Assembly (NCBI GenBank): GCA_031409275.1
Contig: JANNXA010000033.1
Span: forward strand, 96,001 to 160,000
Source: Planctomycetota bacterium
Lineage (GTDB): Bacteria > Planctomycetota > B15-G4 > SIAN01
Direction of reading: 5' to 3'
DNA: 64,000 nt
Shown here: piece by piece, positions 20,005 to 29,012 of the stretch
Position numbering within the stretch: the first letter of the stretch is position 1
How the letters are laid out: each line of letters starts with the position of its first letter
Notes under the pieces: generated by a model
The model's database searches: none
What the model was told of the DNA's origin: nothing
What the model saw: only the letters and a program-made list of their open reading frames with translations
Program-made: the position numbers and the translations under genes

Positions 20005-20868
20005 CTACCCCGCGCGCAGCAGCCACGCTCCGACACATGCGCCGATCGGCAGCGCCACCGCCAGCACGAAGGTGCGGCGCGGTGAGCCGCTGCCGGTCGG
20101 CAGCAACGTGCTGCACCACGTGGCGCAGAGCAGCAGCGTGCTGCTGTTGCTGACGTAGCGCGCCGACCAGCAGTAGGCGAGCAGGCTCGCGAAGGCGAGC
20201 GTCGGCGTCGCGATGGCGCTGCGGGGCAGCGTCGCGGCGGGTCGCACCACCGACAGCAGCAGCGTGACCAGCAGCGCGGCGAAGAGCCCACCCGCGGCTC
20301 GTGCGAGCTTGTCGCTCTGGTCAGCGAAGCAGGCGACGGCCGTGGCGCTCGCCAGCACCATCGGCAAGAGCGAGCGCCACGCGGGTTGCGTTGCCGCGCG
20401 CGCTTCGCCGAGCAGCAGGTAGACGATCAGCACCAGGCCGGAGCCGAGGTAGACGACCTGCGCGTCGAGCGGCGACCAGTCGCCGGCGCGACCCGATGGG
20501 CGCACGATCCACCACGCCGTGCCGGCCACCAGCGCGAGGTGGAGCAGGAAGCGCAGCGCTGTCGCGGCTCCATGCGCCTCCTCGAAGAAGAGCAGCAGCA
20601 GCGTGGCCAACGTGAGCCATGCGCTCCACTGCCACCGTTCCGCGGGCGGCAGCATCGGGATGCCACCCAGGACGGTGTAGAGCGCTGCGACGAAGGCGAG
20701 CGCGAGCCCCGTGGCGATCGACCCGCCCCGCACCGAGCCGGTGCCGTCGATGGCGCGCCGAGAGGAGCCGATCGCCCCGATCGTCTGCATCAGCAGCGCC
20801 ACCCCAGCGGCGGCGCCAAGCGTGCGCAACCACTGCTGGACGATCAGGTCTTCGAGCCACTCGAACAT
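20005..20868 (-). CDS. Integral membrane protein of unknown function
   Basis: Many hydrophobic helices, GGAG RBS, co-oriented downstream of the yceI-like gene. Confidence 0.7.
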   Translation of the reverse strand: MFEWLEDLIVQQWLRTLGAAAGVALLMQTIGAIGSSRRAIDGTGSVRGGSIATGLALAFVAALYTVLGGIPMLPPAERWQWSAWLTLATLLLLFFEEAHGAATALRFLLHLALVAGTAWWIVRPSGRAGDWSPLDAQVVYLGSGLVLIVYLLLGEARAATQPAWRSLLPMVLASATAVACFADQSDKLARAAGGLFAALLVTLLLSVVRPAATLPRSAIATPTLAFASLLAYCWSARYVSNSSTLLLCATWCSTLLPTGSGSPRRTFVLAVALPIGACVGAWLLRAG

Positions 20869-20905
20869 CGGCGCTCCTCGTCCGCGTGCAGCCGCGCGGC
20901 GTCGA

Positions 20906-21538
20906 TCAGCGCTTCTTCGCCTCGATGCTGATGACGACGTCGATGTCGCTGCCGAGCAGGTCGGGGAGGTAGTTCATTCCGAAGTCGGCGCGCTTCACCG
21001 TGAACTTCGCTTCGTAGCCCACCACGGTGCCCCACTGCGCGCCGGTGCTGGTGCCGATGTAATCGGCGATCACCGTCACGTTCTTGGTCACGCCGTGCAT
21101 GGTCAGCGGGCCGGTGATCTCGAACTTCCCGGCCCCCTTGTCGACCACCTTCTCCGACTCGAACTCGATGGTCTTGAACTCCTCGACGTTGAAGAAGTCG
21201 GGGCCGCGCAAGTGCTTGTCGCGGGCGTCCTTCGCCGCGTCCTCGACGCCGGCCTCGTCGTTCGTATCGATGCTCTTCGCGTCGATCTTGAGCGAGATCA
21301 TCGACTCGCTCGGCGTCTCGGCATCGAGGATGAGGCTGCCGCTCACGAGGTTGAAGCGGCCGTAGGAGTTGCTGGCGCCGAGGTGCCGGATTCGGAACAT
21401 CACCGCGGTGTGCACGTTGTCGATGTCGTAACGGCCGGATGCGGCGGGCGTCGCGGCCTGCGTCGAGGTGGCGGGCGGCGGCGGCATGGCAGCGAGCGAG
21501 GCGAGGGCCGTGGCCGCGAGGGCGAGCTTGGCGAGCAT
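20906..21538 (-). CDS. YceI-family periplasmic lipid/polyisoprenoid-binding protein
   Basis: AAGGAG RBS, signal peptide, YDIDNVHTAVMFRIRHLG, RDKHLRGPDFF, LTMHGVTK, RADFGM. Confidence 0.9.
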   Translation of the reverse strand: MLAKLALAATALASLAAMPPPPATSTQAATPAASGRYDIDNVHTAVMFRIRHLGASNSYGRFNLVSGSLILDAETPSESMISLKIDAKSIDTNDEAGVEDAAKDARDKHLRGPDFFNVEEFKTIEFESEKVVDKGAGKFEITGPLTMHGVTKNVTVIADYIGTSTGAQWGTVVGYEAKFTVKRADFGMNYLPDLLGSDIDVVISIEAKKR

Positions 21539-21652
21539 TCGATTCTCCTTCGGTGAGTGGACCGCACGCCGGGTGGATGCGCGACGCGGGATGGTAGCGC
21601 TCGTGTCTCCGCGGCCTTTCGGCTCCACGCCGGCACGGCTAGCGTGCTGTCG

Positions 21653-23374
21653 ATGAGCTCCTCCATCCCGCGCCTCGCGACCGCTCTGGCGCTCCTGTTC
21701 GCCTCCCATGTCGAAGCCGTCGCGCAAGGGGCGCCCGCGGCTCCGCGTCCCGGTCGCGGCAACCGTGCGGGACGTGGCGCGGTCGACTGGACGACCGCAC
21801 GTCAGGCACTGCTCGATGCGACGCCGCCGACCGAGACGCTCTTCTCCGATCTGCTGCAGGCGGTGTTCGAAGAGGCGACGCGTCGCAAGCTGCCGTCGAC
21901 GATGGAGAACCCCGACGCCAACTACTCGCCGGAGTACCTCGCGTTCCGTCAGGAGATGTACGGCGAGCTGCGAGAGCGGCCCGACCTTCGCACGTTCCTG
22001 CGCGGACTTGCGGGGCGAACGCCGAGCGGCGCCTTCGATTTTGTGGGCATCACCGCGGCCCTGATCCTGGCTGATGCTCCCGATGCCGAGGATCTCGACG
22101 CGCTGTTCGCCGGCTATCGCGCGACGCCGCCCGACAGCCGCGCGGGCGTTGCGCGCCAGCTCGGGCGTGCGGCGGGCACGTTGAAGCTCGCCGGACTTGC
22201 GCGCGCCGACGAGGTGATGGCGCAGCTGCGGCAAGACGCCGCGGCGGGGCGTCCAGGGCAGCGCGGCGCGGCCATCGAGGGGCTCTATCGCGCAGGCGCC
22301 ATCGAGGAAGCGCTCGGCGCGATCAAGCCGCTCCTGCTCTCCGAGGCGGACCCGACCGAGTCGGTGCCGTTGCTTGCGGCGTGCTCACGCCTGCTGCGAC
22401 GCACCGACGTCGACCCGTTCCTGCGTGCGCGTGCGGTGGCTGCCGCCAGTTCAGCCATCACGAAGCTGCTCGATTCGGACGAGCCGGTGCAGACGACGCA
22501 GGTGATTTCCGGTCAGGGTCGCACGCTGCGCGCCGCGATCAGCTTCCTGCAGGAGGTCGGCGGCGACGCCGAGTTCGAGCTGATGATGCGCTGCCTCGTC
22601 GAGCCGCGCGGGCCGCGGATGCTGGGCATGGATGGTCTTCAGAACCTGCGCTTCGCGCTGCAAAGCAAACGCGCGACGGTCAGCGCCGAGCTTGGACGGA
22701 AGCTCGATCGCCATTACCTGCAGACGGTGCTGGACGCCGGCAATCGGCTGTTCGCGCTCGAGGAAGAGCCGTTCCAGCCCGACGAGCAGCGCGCCTTCTT
22801 CGAGGCGCGCGACCTGCGCTACAACGCGCTCTCGTACCTGTGCGATCAGTTCCTGCGCGCGCCGGCGGTGAAGGAGCTGCTCGGCAGCGAGCCCGATCTG
22901 CCGGCGCTGCTCGCGACGTTCGTGCGGTCGAAGGAGGAGGTACGCGAAGAGGGCGGCGCCGCTGACGCGCCGTGGCTCGCGATCGCGGAGAAGGTCGAGA
23001 ATCGCGTGCTCGCGCTGCAGCTGCTGGCGCGCGTGCAACGCGAGTGGAACCGTGATCCGGCGGGGCTCGACCTCTTCGCCGAGTCGTATGCGCTGCTGTG
23101 CGTCGAGGTGCAGGCGCCGCTCCTGCCATTCGCCGAGATCGTGGCGTTTCGCCGCGCCCGCGCCCCAGGACTAGTCTTCGAGATCCCGATCGGCCGCGCG
23201 CCGTCCGACCCGTGGGTGAAGGGCGCTTGCTGCCAGGCGATCGCCAACCTCGGGTACATCGTGAGCACCGTTGCCGGCCGTGTCCGCATCGAAGCGGATG
23301 GCGAGAGCCCGTGGCCATGGCCTGACCCGGAGCCCGCGGGTTCCGAGGTCAAGGGCGTGCCAGGGGGCCGTTGA
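21653..23374 (+). CDS. Secreted all-helical hypothetical protein (HEAT/ARM-like)
   Basis: Signal peptide, Leu/Ala-rich helical composition, codon usage matching neighbours. No recognisable catalytic motif. Confidence 0.65.
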   Translation: MSSSIPRLATALALLFASHVEAVAQGAPAAPRPGRGNRAGRGAVDWTTARQALLDATPPTETLFSDLLQAVFEEATRRKLPSTMENPDANYSPEYLAFRQEMYGELRERPDLRTFLRGLAGRTPSGAFDFVGITAALILADAPDAEDLDALFAGYRATPPDSRAGVARQLGRAAGTLKLAGLARADEVMAQLRQDAAAGRPGQRGAAIEGLYRAGAIEEALGAIKPLLLSEADPTESVPLLAACSRLLRRTDVDPFLRARAVAAASSAITKLLDSDEPVQTTQVISGQGRTLRAAISFLQEVGGDAEFELMMRCLVEPRGPRMLGMDGLQNLRFALQSKRATVSAELGRKLDRHYLQTVLDAGNRLFALEEEPFQPDEQRAFFEARDLRYNALSYLCDQFLRAPAVKELLGSEPDLPALLATFVRSKEEVREEGGAADAPWLAIAEKVENRVLALQLLARVQREWNRDPAGLDLFAESYALLCVEVQAPLLPFAEIVAFRRARAPGLVFEIPIGRAPSDPWVKGACCQAIANLGYIVSTVAGRVRIEADGESPWPWPDPEPAGSEVKGVPGGR

Positions 23375-23476
23375 TCGCCCGAAGGCCGTCGACACGCTCG
23401 TCGTCGAGGCGCGTAGCGGCCCGCAAGTTGCAACCCGGCACGAGGCGAGTCGAACTCGCCTTGCGGAGCCGTTTCC

Positions 23477-24835
23477 GTGCCGCAATTCACCTCCCTGCCA
23501 CCGGGCCCGAGGTCGTCGTCGCTGACGCAGCTGCTTCGCTACGTCCCGCACCCCGCGGATTTCCTCGAGGCATGCGCTCGCGATTTCGGCGACCGCTTCA
23601 CTGTCCGCCTCGCCGGATTCGGGACGTTCGTGATGCTGGCGCGGCCGGCGGCGGTGCAGGAGGTGTTCCGCGCCGATCCGTCGCTGCTCCATTCCGGCGA
23701 GGCGAACGCATTCCTCGCGGCCACGGTCGGCTCGCGCTCGGTGCTGGTGCTGGACGAGACGGCGCACGCTGACCAACGCCGGGTCCTCGTGCCGCCGCTG
23801 CACGGATCGCGGATGCACGCTCACGTCGATCGGATGCGCGGGGCCACCGAGGCGTCGCTGCGCCTTTGGCCGCGCGACCGCCCCTTCGCCATCGAGCCGA
23901 GGATGCGCGACATCACGCTGCGCACCATCCTCGAAGTGGTGCTGGGGATCGAGGGGGAAGCGGTCGAGGGCGCTGCCACCCGTCGACTCGAAGCTGATTT
24001 CGTGCGGCTGCTGTCCTATTCGAGGATGCCGTACGCGTTGGTGCTCGCGAAGCTGGCTCCACACCAGTGGCTTAGGAAGCTGCCGTTCCTGCCCTACTAC
24101 CGCGAACTGCGCCGCATCGACGCCGCGCTCCACGACCATGTTCGTCGCCGTCGTGTCGCGATCGCGGATCGTGACAAGAGGGACATCCTCGCCGAACTGC
24201 TGCGCGCGCAGCATGCCGACAGCAGCTCGATCGACGATGCCGAGATCCGCGATGCGTTGATGACCATCCTCGTCGCAGGTCACGACACGACCGCGGTCGC
24301 CCTGGCGTGGATCTTCCAGCAACTCCTCGACCACGAGGAAGTCCTGGCGCGGTTGCGTGCGGAGCTCGATGAAGTGCTCGCCGGCGATCCGGTTCGCGCC
24401 GACCATCTGCCGCGACTCATCTACCTCGACGCCGTGGTACGCGAGTCGTTGCGGCGCCGCACGATCGTTCCATTCGTCACTCGTCGAGTGATGCAGCCGC
24501 TGCGCGTCGATGGCCACGACTACCCCGCGGGCGTCCATCTCTGCCCATGCTCGCTCCTCGTCCACCTCGATCCCGACCTCTATCCGGAGCCGAAGACCTT
24601 TCGCCCCGAACGCTTCCTCGAGCGCAAGTACGGGCCACACGAGTGGTTCCCGTTCGGTGGCGGTGAGCGGCTCTGCACCGGGATGGCCTTCGCGCTGACG
24701 CAGATCAAGGTCGTGCTGGCGACCGTGTGCCGCTCGGTCGAACTTCGCCGCGCTGACGGGGCCGTCTCGCATCCGGTCCGACGCGGGGTGCTCATCGCGC
24801 CGTCGGACGGCGTGCAAGTCGTCGCGCGGCGTTGA
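23477..24835 (+). CDS. Cytochrome P450
   Basis: I-helix AGHDTT, ExxR (ESLR), PERF, heme loop FPFGGGERLCTG. Confidence 0.95.
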   Translation: MPQFTSLPPGPRSSSLTQLLRYVPHPADFLEACARDFGDRFTVRLAGFGTFVMLARPAAVQEVFRADPSLLHSGEANAFLAATVGSRSVLVLDETAHADQRRVLVPPLHGSRMHAHVDRMRGATEASLRLWPRDRPFAIEPRMRDITLRTILEVVLGIEGEAVEGAATRRLEADFVRLLSYSRMPYALVLAKLAPHQWLRKLPFLPYYRELRRIDAALHDHVRRRRVAIADRDKRDILAELLRAQHADSSSIDDAEIRDALMTILVAGHDTTAVALAWIFQQLLDHEEVLARLRAELDEVLAGDPVRADHLPRLIYLDAVVRESLRRRTIVPFVTRRVMQPLRVDGHDYPAGVHLCPCSLLVHLDPDLYPEPKTFRPERFLERKYGPHEWFPFGGGERLCTGMAFALTQIKVVLATVCRSVELRRADGAVSHPVRRGVLIAPSDGVQVVARR

Positions 24836-24865
24836 TTGGCTCGGTAACGCCGACGAGTTCGTCGA

Positions 24866-25414
24866 TCAGCCGGGTCCGGTCGCGCCATGCGCCTGCAGGT
24901 ACGCCTCGAAATCCGGGTCACTCGCTCGATCGAGTACGAGGTGCTGCCATTCGGAGCGTTCGAACTCGAGCAGCCGCAAGTACCAGTCGGTCAAGATCTC
25001 TTCGCCGCCGCCCGCGGGCTCCCAACCATGCGGGGCGTCGGGCTTGCCGAGGAAGCCGGCGTGCAGCAACTCGGTCTCGCGCTGCCAGCGATCGATCAGC
25101 ACGTGCGCGTGCGATCGACCTTGGAAGACGACGACGAATCCGGCGCCGTCGACCTCGTTCGCATACGGACGCGAGTGCAATTCGAGGTCGATGAGGTTCG
25201 CAACGGCGCTCATCAGGCGCGGGCGAAGCGCGGGTCCTCCGCCCTGCACTCCGTAGAGCTTGAGCGCCGTATCGCGGACGGTGAGCATTTGCGTGAAGCG
25301 CGAGAGTTCGGAGCGATCGCCATCACTTTCGGGATCGGAGCGGACGCGGCAACGATCGGCATGGGTTGCCTTCGGAGACGGGCCACGCACGACTTCCCCT
25401 CGCGTGATCCGCAA
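24866..25414 (-). CDS. Hypothetical protein (start uncertain; ATG at 25288 possible)
   Basis: The C-terminal half looks protein-like (LKLYGV...GFVVVFQG...LIDRW...FERSEWQHLVL...PDFEAYL). The N-terminal ~40 aa look non-coding. Confidence 0.55.
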   Translation of the reverse strand: MRITRGEVVRGPSPKATHADRCRVRSDPESDGDRSELSRFTQMLTVRDTALKLYGVQGGGPALRPRLMSAVANLIDLELHSRPYANEVDGAGFVVVFQGRSHAHVLIDRWQRETELLHAGFLGKPDAPHGWEPAGGGEEILTDWYLRLLEFERSEWQHLVLDRASDPDFEAYLQAHGATGPG

Positions 25415-25584
25415 GCGACGCTGTCGCGGCCGCCCGGCGCCGTTTCGATTCGGGGTGGCCAGCGCGAACGCCGGACTTCCCCTTGGTGCCCGTTCCGAGC
25501 GATTCTCGGTCGCCGTGCTCGCGGCGTTCCCTCATCTGCAGTCGGCGCGCTGTTGCGCTCGGGCGCAGTGACGAGGGCAGACGT

Positions 25585-25926
25585 TCAAGCACCGCCATCG
25601 ACGGGAAAGACGTTCTCCTGCTCGACGCGGGCGATGCGCGTCTTGAAGGCGCGGTACCACTTCGAGCGCCCGGCCTGTTGCGCGATTTGATGCTCGCCGA
25701 CCGCCTTCCAGGCAGCGATCGCGGCGCGGCTGGCCCAATAGGAGACCGTGATGCCAAGCCCCCCTGCGTCGCGGGCACTTTCGATGCCCAGATACCCAGG
25801 CTGGCGAGCGGCGAGCGCGACCATCGCGTCGGCGGTCAGCGCGTAGCCAGCATCGATCTCGGTGCGCAACGAAGTGAAGATCACGGCGTAGTAGGGCGGC
25901 GGAGGGGTTCGGGCGAGTTCGGTCAT
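25585..25926 (-). CDS. Antibiotic biosynthesis monooxygenase (ABM/heme-degrading) family protein
   Basis: TPPPPYYAVIFTSLR, QPGYLGIESAR, GITVSYW, EHQIAQQAGRSKWY. Confidence 0.9.
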   Translation of the reverse strand: MTELARTPPPPYYAVIFTSLRTEIDAGYALTADAMVALAARQPGYLGIESARDAGGLGITVSYWASRAAIAAWKAVGEHQIAQQAGRSKWYRAFKTRIARVEQENVFPVDGGA

Positions 25927-25952
25927 CGGGGTCCCTCGACAAGTGGGCGCAC

Positions 25953-26999
25953 GTGGGGTTGATCTCTCTACCATCCCGAGCCGTGGAGCCAACTAGCGAC
26001 GACGAGACGTCCTTCGCGCCGCCGTGGTGGGCCGGCGGAACGCATCGGCAGACGTTGGCTGGGTACGTGCTGCGGCGTGTCCACTGCAACGCCCTGGGCA
26101 CGCGCGAACGATTGGCGACGTCGGACGATGACTTCGTCGTGCTCGAGTGGTTTGCGTTGCGTTCGAGCGCGCCTGGTCGAGTCGTGCCGTTGGTGTTGGC
26201 GCTGCACGGGCTCGAAGGGTCGAGTCGATCGGGCTACATCGTCTCGCTTGCGCGGTCCCTTGCCGCGGTGGGCGTCGAAACCGTCGCGCTCAACTTCCGC
26301 GGTTGCGGCGGCGAGCCGAACCGACTGCCGCGCGCCTATCACGCCGGCGAGACGGGCGACCTCGCCTTCGTGGTCGCCACGCTCGCGGCGCGCTTCCCGG
26401 GTCGGCCGCTCGGGGTCGTCGGCTTCTCGCTCGGCGGCAACGTGCTGCTGCGTTGGCTCGGTGAGGCAGGGGAGGCGGTTCACCCGGCGGTCGTCGCGGC
26501 GGCGGCGGTCTCGGTGCCGTTCGAGCTCGGGGTGGGCGCTGACCACTCGATGAGTGGAGCCGGTCGTCCGTATGCGTTGAGGCTGATCGCCGAACTGCAC
26601 TCGAAGGTGCGCGCGAAGTCGTCGCTGGTGGCAGGTCGAGTCGACGTCGAGCGGGCGCTGCGAGCCGCGACTTTCCGCGAGTTCGACGAAGCGTTCACTG
26701 CGCCGCTGCATGGATTCCGCGACGCCAACGACTACTACGCGCGATCGAGCTCGGGACCTTGGATCGACGGGGTCGCGGTGCCGACGCTGACGATCCACGC
26801 GCTCGACGATCCGTTCCTGCCGCGCGCCGCCGTGCCGCTGGCCGCGCTCCGTGCGAATCGCCGTTTCACCTTGCGGATCAGCGAGCGTGGCGGCCACGTC
26901 GGTTTCGTCGCCGGGACACCGTGGGCGCCGCGTTTCTACGCCGAAGAGACGCTCGCGCGCTTCTTCGCGTCACACTTCGATCGTCGCGGATCCAAGTAG
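25953..26999 (+). CDS. YheT-family alpha/beta hydrolase
   Basis: HRQT, LHGLEGSS, NFRGCGGEPN, YHAG, nucleophile GFSLGG, DDPF, GGHVGF. Confidence 0.9.
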   Translation: MGLISLPSRAVEPTSDDETSFAPPWWAGGTHRQTLAGYVLRRVHCNALGTRERLATSDDDFVVLEWFALRSSAPGRVVPLVLALHGLEGSSRSGYIVSLARSLAAVGVETVALNFRGCGGEPNRLPRAYHAGETGDLAFVVATLAARFPGRPLGVVGFSLGGNVLLRWLGEAGEAVHPAVVAAAAVSVPFELGVGADHSMSGAGRPYALRLIAELHSKVRAKSSLVAGRVDVERALRAATFREFDEAFTAPLHGFRDANDYYARSSSGPWIDGVAVPTLTIHALDDPFLPRAAVPLAALRANRRFTLRISERGGHVGFVAGTPWAPRFYAEETLARFFASHFDRRGSK

Positions 27000-27014
27000 C
27001 CCGGCGCACACGCA

Positions 27015-27087
27015 AGGTGGCGGGGATCTTTCCACCACCGTTCCCGCACAGTGTGCGGATCAGGTGGCGGAAAAGTCCCCGCCACCT
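27015..27087. repeat. REP/BIME-like nested palindrome between convergent genes
   Basis: AGGTGGCGGGGATCTTTCCACCACC (27015-27039) is an imperfect inverted copy (22/25) of GGTGGCGGAAAAGTCCCCGCCACCT (27063-27087). A central CCGCACA-G-TGTGCGG palindrome lies between them. Confidence 0.7.
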
Positions 27088-27106
27088 GTTCGGCGGTTGG
27101 GAGGCG

Positions 27107-28690
27107 CTACCAGTCGTCGCTGCGGAAGGGGGAGGCAGGGAGTCCGTCGCGGTTGTAGAGGTTCGCGCCGACGGGGTTCATCGAGAAGGCGTAGCGGACG
27201 GCGACAGGCGCCGGCACGTCGGGCGCAGAGACGACGACGTGCTCGCCGTCGATTCGAGCGTCGGCCCAGTGCCACACCTTGTCGGCTCCGGCGATCGCAA
27301 AGCGGGCGAGCTTGCCGTCGGTCTGTTCCTTCGCGTCGCCGCGCCCCGAACGCTGGCCGGCCATCAGACCGGCACCAACGTGGTCGAAATCGATGACCAG
27401 CAGTGCCCCTTTGGCGACGACCGAGCGAAACAACGGCCCCGACACGACGAGCTGCTTCTGGCCGTAGCAGTCGCGCAACGCCCATCGCGCGAGCCGCTCG
27501 CCGACGACCCGCTTGTCGTGCGGGTGGATGTCGTTCGCATCACCGGCATCGATCGTGACGCACATGCCCGTGCGTGGGATCGAGAGCGACTTCGTCTGTT
27601 CGCATCGGATCCGCGCCCAACCATCCCCGCCCGCAGGTGCCTCGTTGGGTTGCTGCCAGTTGGCGAGCTGCACCGAATAGAACGGCAGCTCCGGCTGGCG
27701 AAACACCTTGCGCCAACCGCCGACCAGGGCGCGCATCTTGTGGAAGTAGCTCTCGCCTTCGTCGCCGTTGCTTTCGCCCTGGTACCAGAGCACTCCTTTG
27801 AGGGCCATCGGCGCCAGCGGTGCCACCTTGGCGAAGTAGATCGAGAAGGGCGTTCGATTGAGGATCGGGAAGCTCGGAGCCGGCGGCGTTGCGGGCGGGA
27901 CGACGCCCTTCGCCATCGCGGTTCGCGCCGCTCGCGCCCACTGCTCGAAGCGGTCGATCTGCGGCACGAGCGCGTTCAGGTCGGCTTGCTGCTCGGCGAG
28001 CTTCGCGGCGCGGAACTCCGCGAGCTCGGTGATGGCGGCGAATCCATCGGGGTCGAGCCATGGCTCGATGTTGGTGCCGCCCCAGGCGACGTTCACCAAC
28101 CCCATCGGTACTGCCACGTCCTGTTGCACGCGCTTGGCGAAGAAGAAGCCGACCGCCGGGAACATGCCCACGGTCTGCGCCGTCGCCGCGAGCCACGGGT
28201 GAGCCACATGCTCGGCCGGCACATCCTCTTGCGGCTCGGTCGCCATGACGTAGCCGAACTTGATGCAACGGATGGTCGCTGCTTCGAGCTTGGAGAGATC
28301 CTCGTCGCAGCCACCGACTCCCCATTCCATGTTCGACTGGCCGCTGCACAACCAGACGTCGCCGACGAGCACGTCGTTCACCGTCACGCTGTTCTTGCCG
28401 GCGACGACCAACGGACGGCCGTCCGCAGAAGCCTGGAAGGCCGGAAGGGTGACCTTCCAAGCGCCTGACTTGGCGGTCGTCGCGCTCGCCTTCGCGCCCG
28501 CGAGCGTGACCTCGACCTTTTCGCCCGCGTCAGCGAAGCCCCAGACCACCAGCGGTTGATCGCGCTGCACGACCATGTGGTCGCCGAAGATTCGCGGCAG
28601 CCGGACGTCGGCCCAAGCGGTGGGAGCGAACAGGGCGAGCGACGCCGTGGTCGCGAGAATTGGCAGCACAGTGAAAGGCCAACGTCGCAT
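27107..28690 (-). CDS. Sialate O-acetylesterase (SGNH, SASA domain)
   Basis: Signal peptide, FGDHMVVQRD, GDVWLCSGQSNME, WGGTNIEPW, WYQGESN, DIHP, NLYNRDGLPASPFRSDDW. Confidence 0.93.
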   Translation of the reverse strand: MRRWPFTVLPILATTASLALFAPTAWADVRLPRIFGDHMVVQRDQPLVVWGFADAGEKVEVTLAGAKASATTAKSGAWKVTLPAFQASADGRPLVVAGKNSVTVNDVLVGDVWLCSGQSNMEWGVGGCDEDLSKLEAATIRCIKFGYVMATEPQEDVPAEHVAHPWLAATAQTVGMFPAVGFFFAKRVQQDVAVPMGLVNVAWGGTNIEPWLDPDGFAAITELAEFRAAKLAEQQADLNALVPQIDRFEQWARAARTAMAKGVVPPATPPAPSFPILNRTPFSIYFAKVAPLAPMALKGVLWYQGESNGDEGESYFHKMRALVGGWRKVFRQPELPFYSVQLANWQQPNEAPAGGDGWARIRCEQTKSLSIPRTGMCVTIDAGDANDIHPHDKRVVGERLARWALRDCYGQKQLVVSGPLFRSVVAKGALLVIDFDHVGAGLMAGQRSGRGDAKEQTDGKLARFAIAGADKVWHWADARIDGEHVVVSAPDVPAPVAVRYAFSMNPVGANLYNRDGLPASPFRSDDW

Positions 28691-28941
28691 CGGCAGGCTC
28701 CTGATTTCGTGATCCCGAGATCCGCTTCCGAGTTCTTGGCGACCGCCGCGCACGGCCTCGTTGCGCCGCCTCACCCGCTCTTCACGAAGTTGAAGTCGCC
28801 GGGGTGCTTCGCCCTGCACGAAGCTCGCAGGTAGCTTCATTCGCGAGCTTCAGGATCAGGAAGCTAGCGAGCGAGCGGCACCTCCGGCCGCCGAGCATCG
28901 CCGGAGAACGCGCCCGCGGCAGCGGAGCGCCTGGAAAGAGC

Positions 28942-28982
28942 CGCGGCAGGTCGCGCGGCCTATGCCGTTGCGACCTGCCGCG
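28942..28982 (-). terminator. GC-rich hairpin downstream of the OPT gene, probable intrinsic terminator
   Basis: 13-bp perfect inverted repeat CGCGGCAGGTCGC...GCGACCTGCCGCG about 30 nt after the stop, followed on the minus strand by a weak T-tract (CTCTTTCC). Confidence 0.55.
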
Positions 28983-29012
28983 AGGGATCGATCGTTCGAA
29001 CGTGCCGCCGGC

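Noticed and set aside
23477..26999. Secondary-metabolite cluster (P450, ABM, hydrolase)
   Set aside because: Orientations are mixed and no scaffold synthase or precursor peptide is seen.
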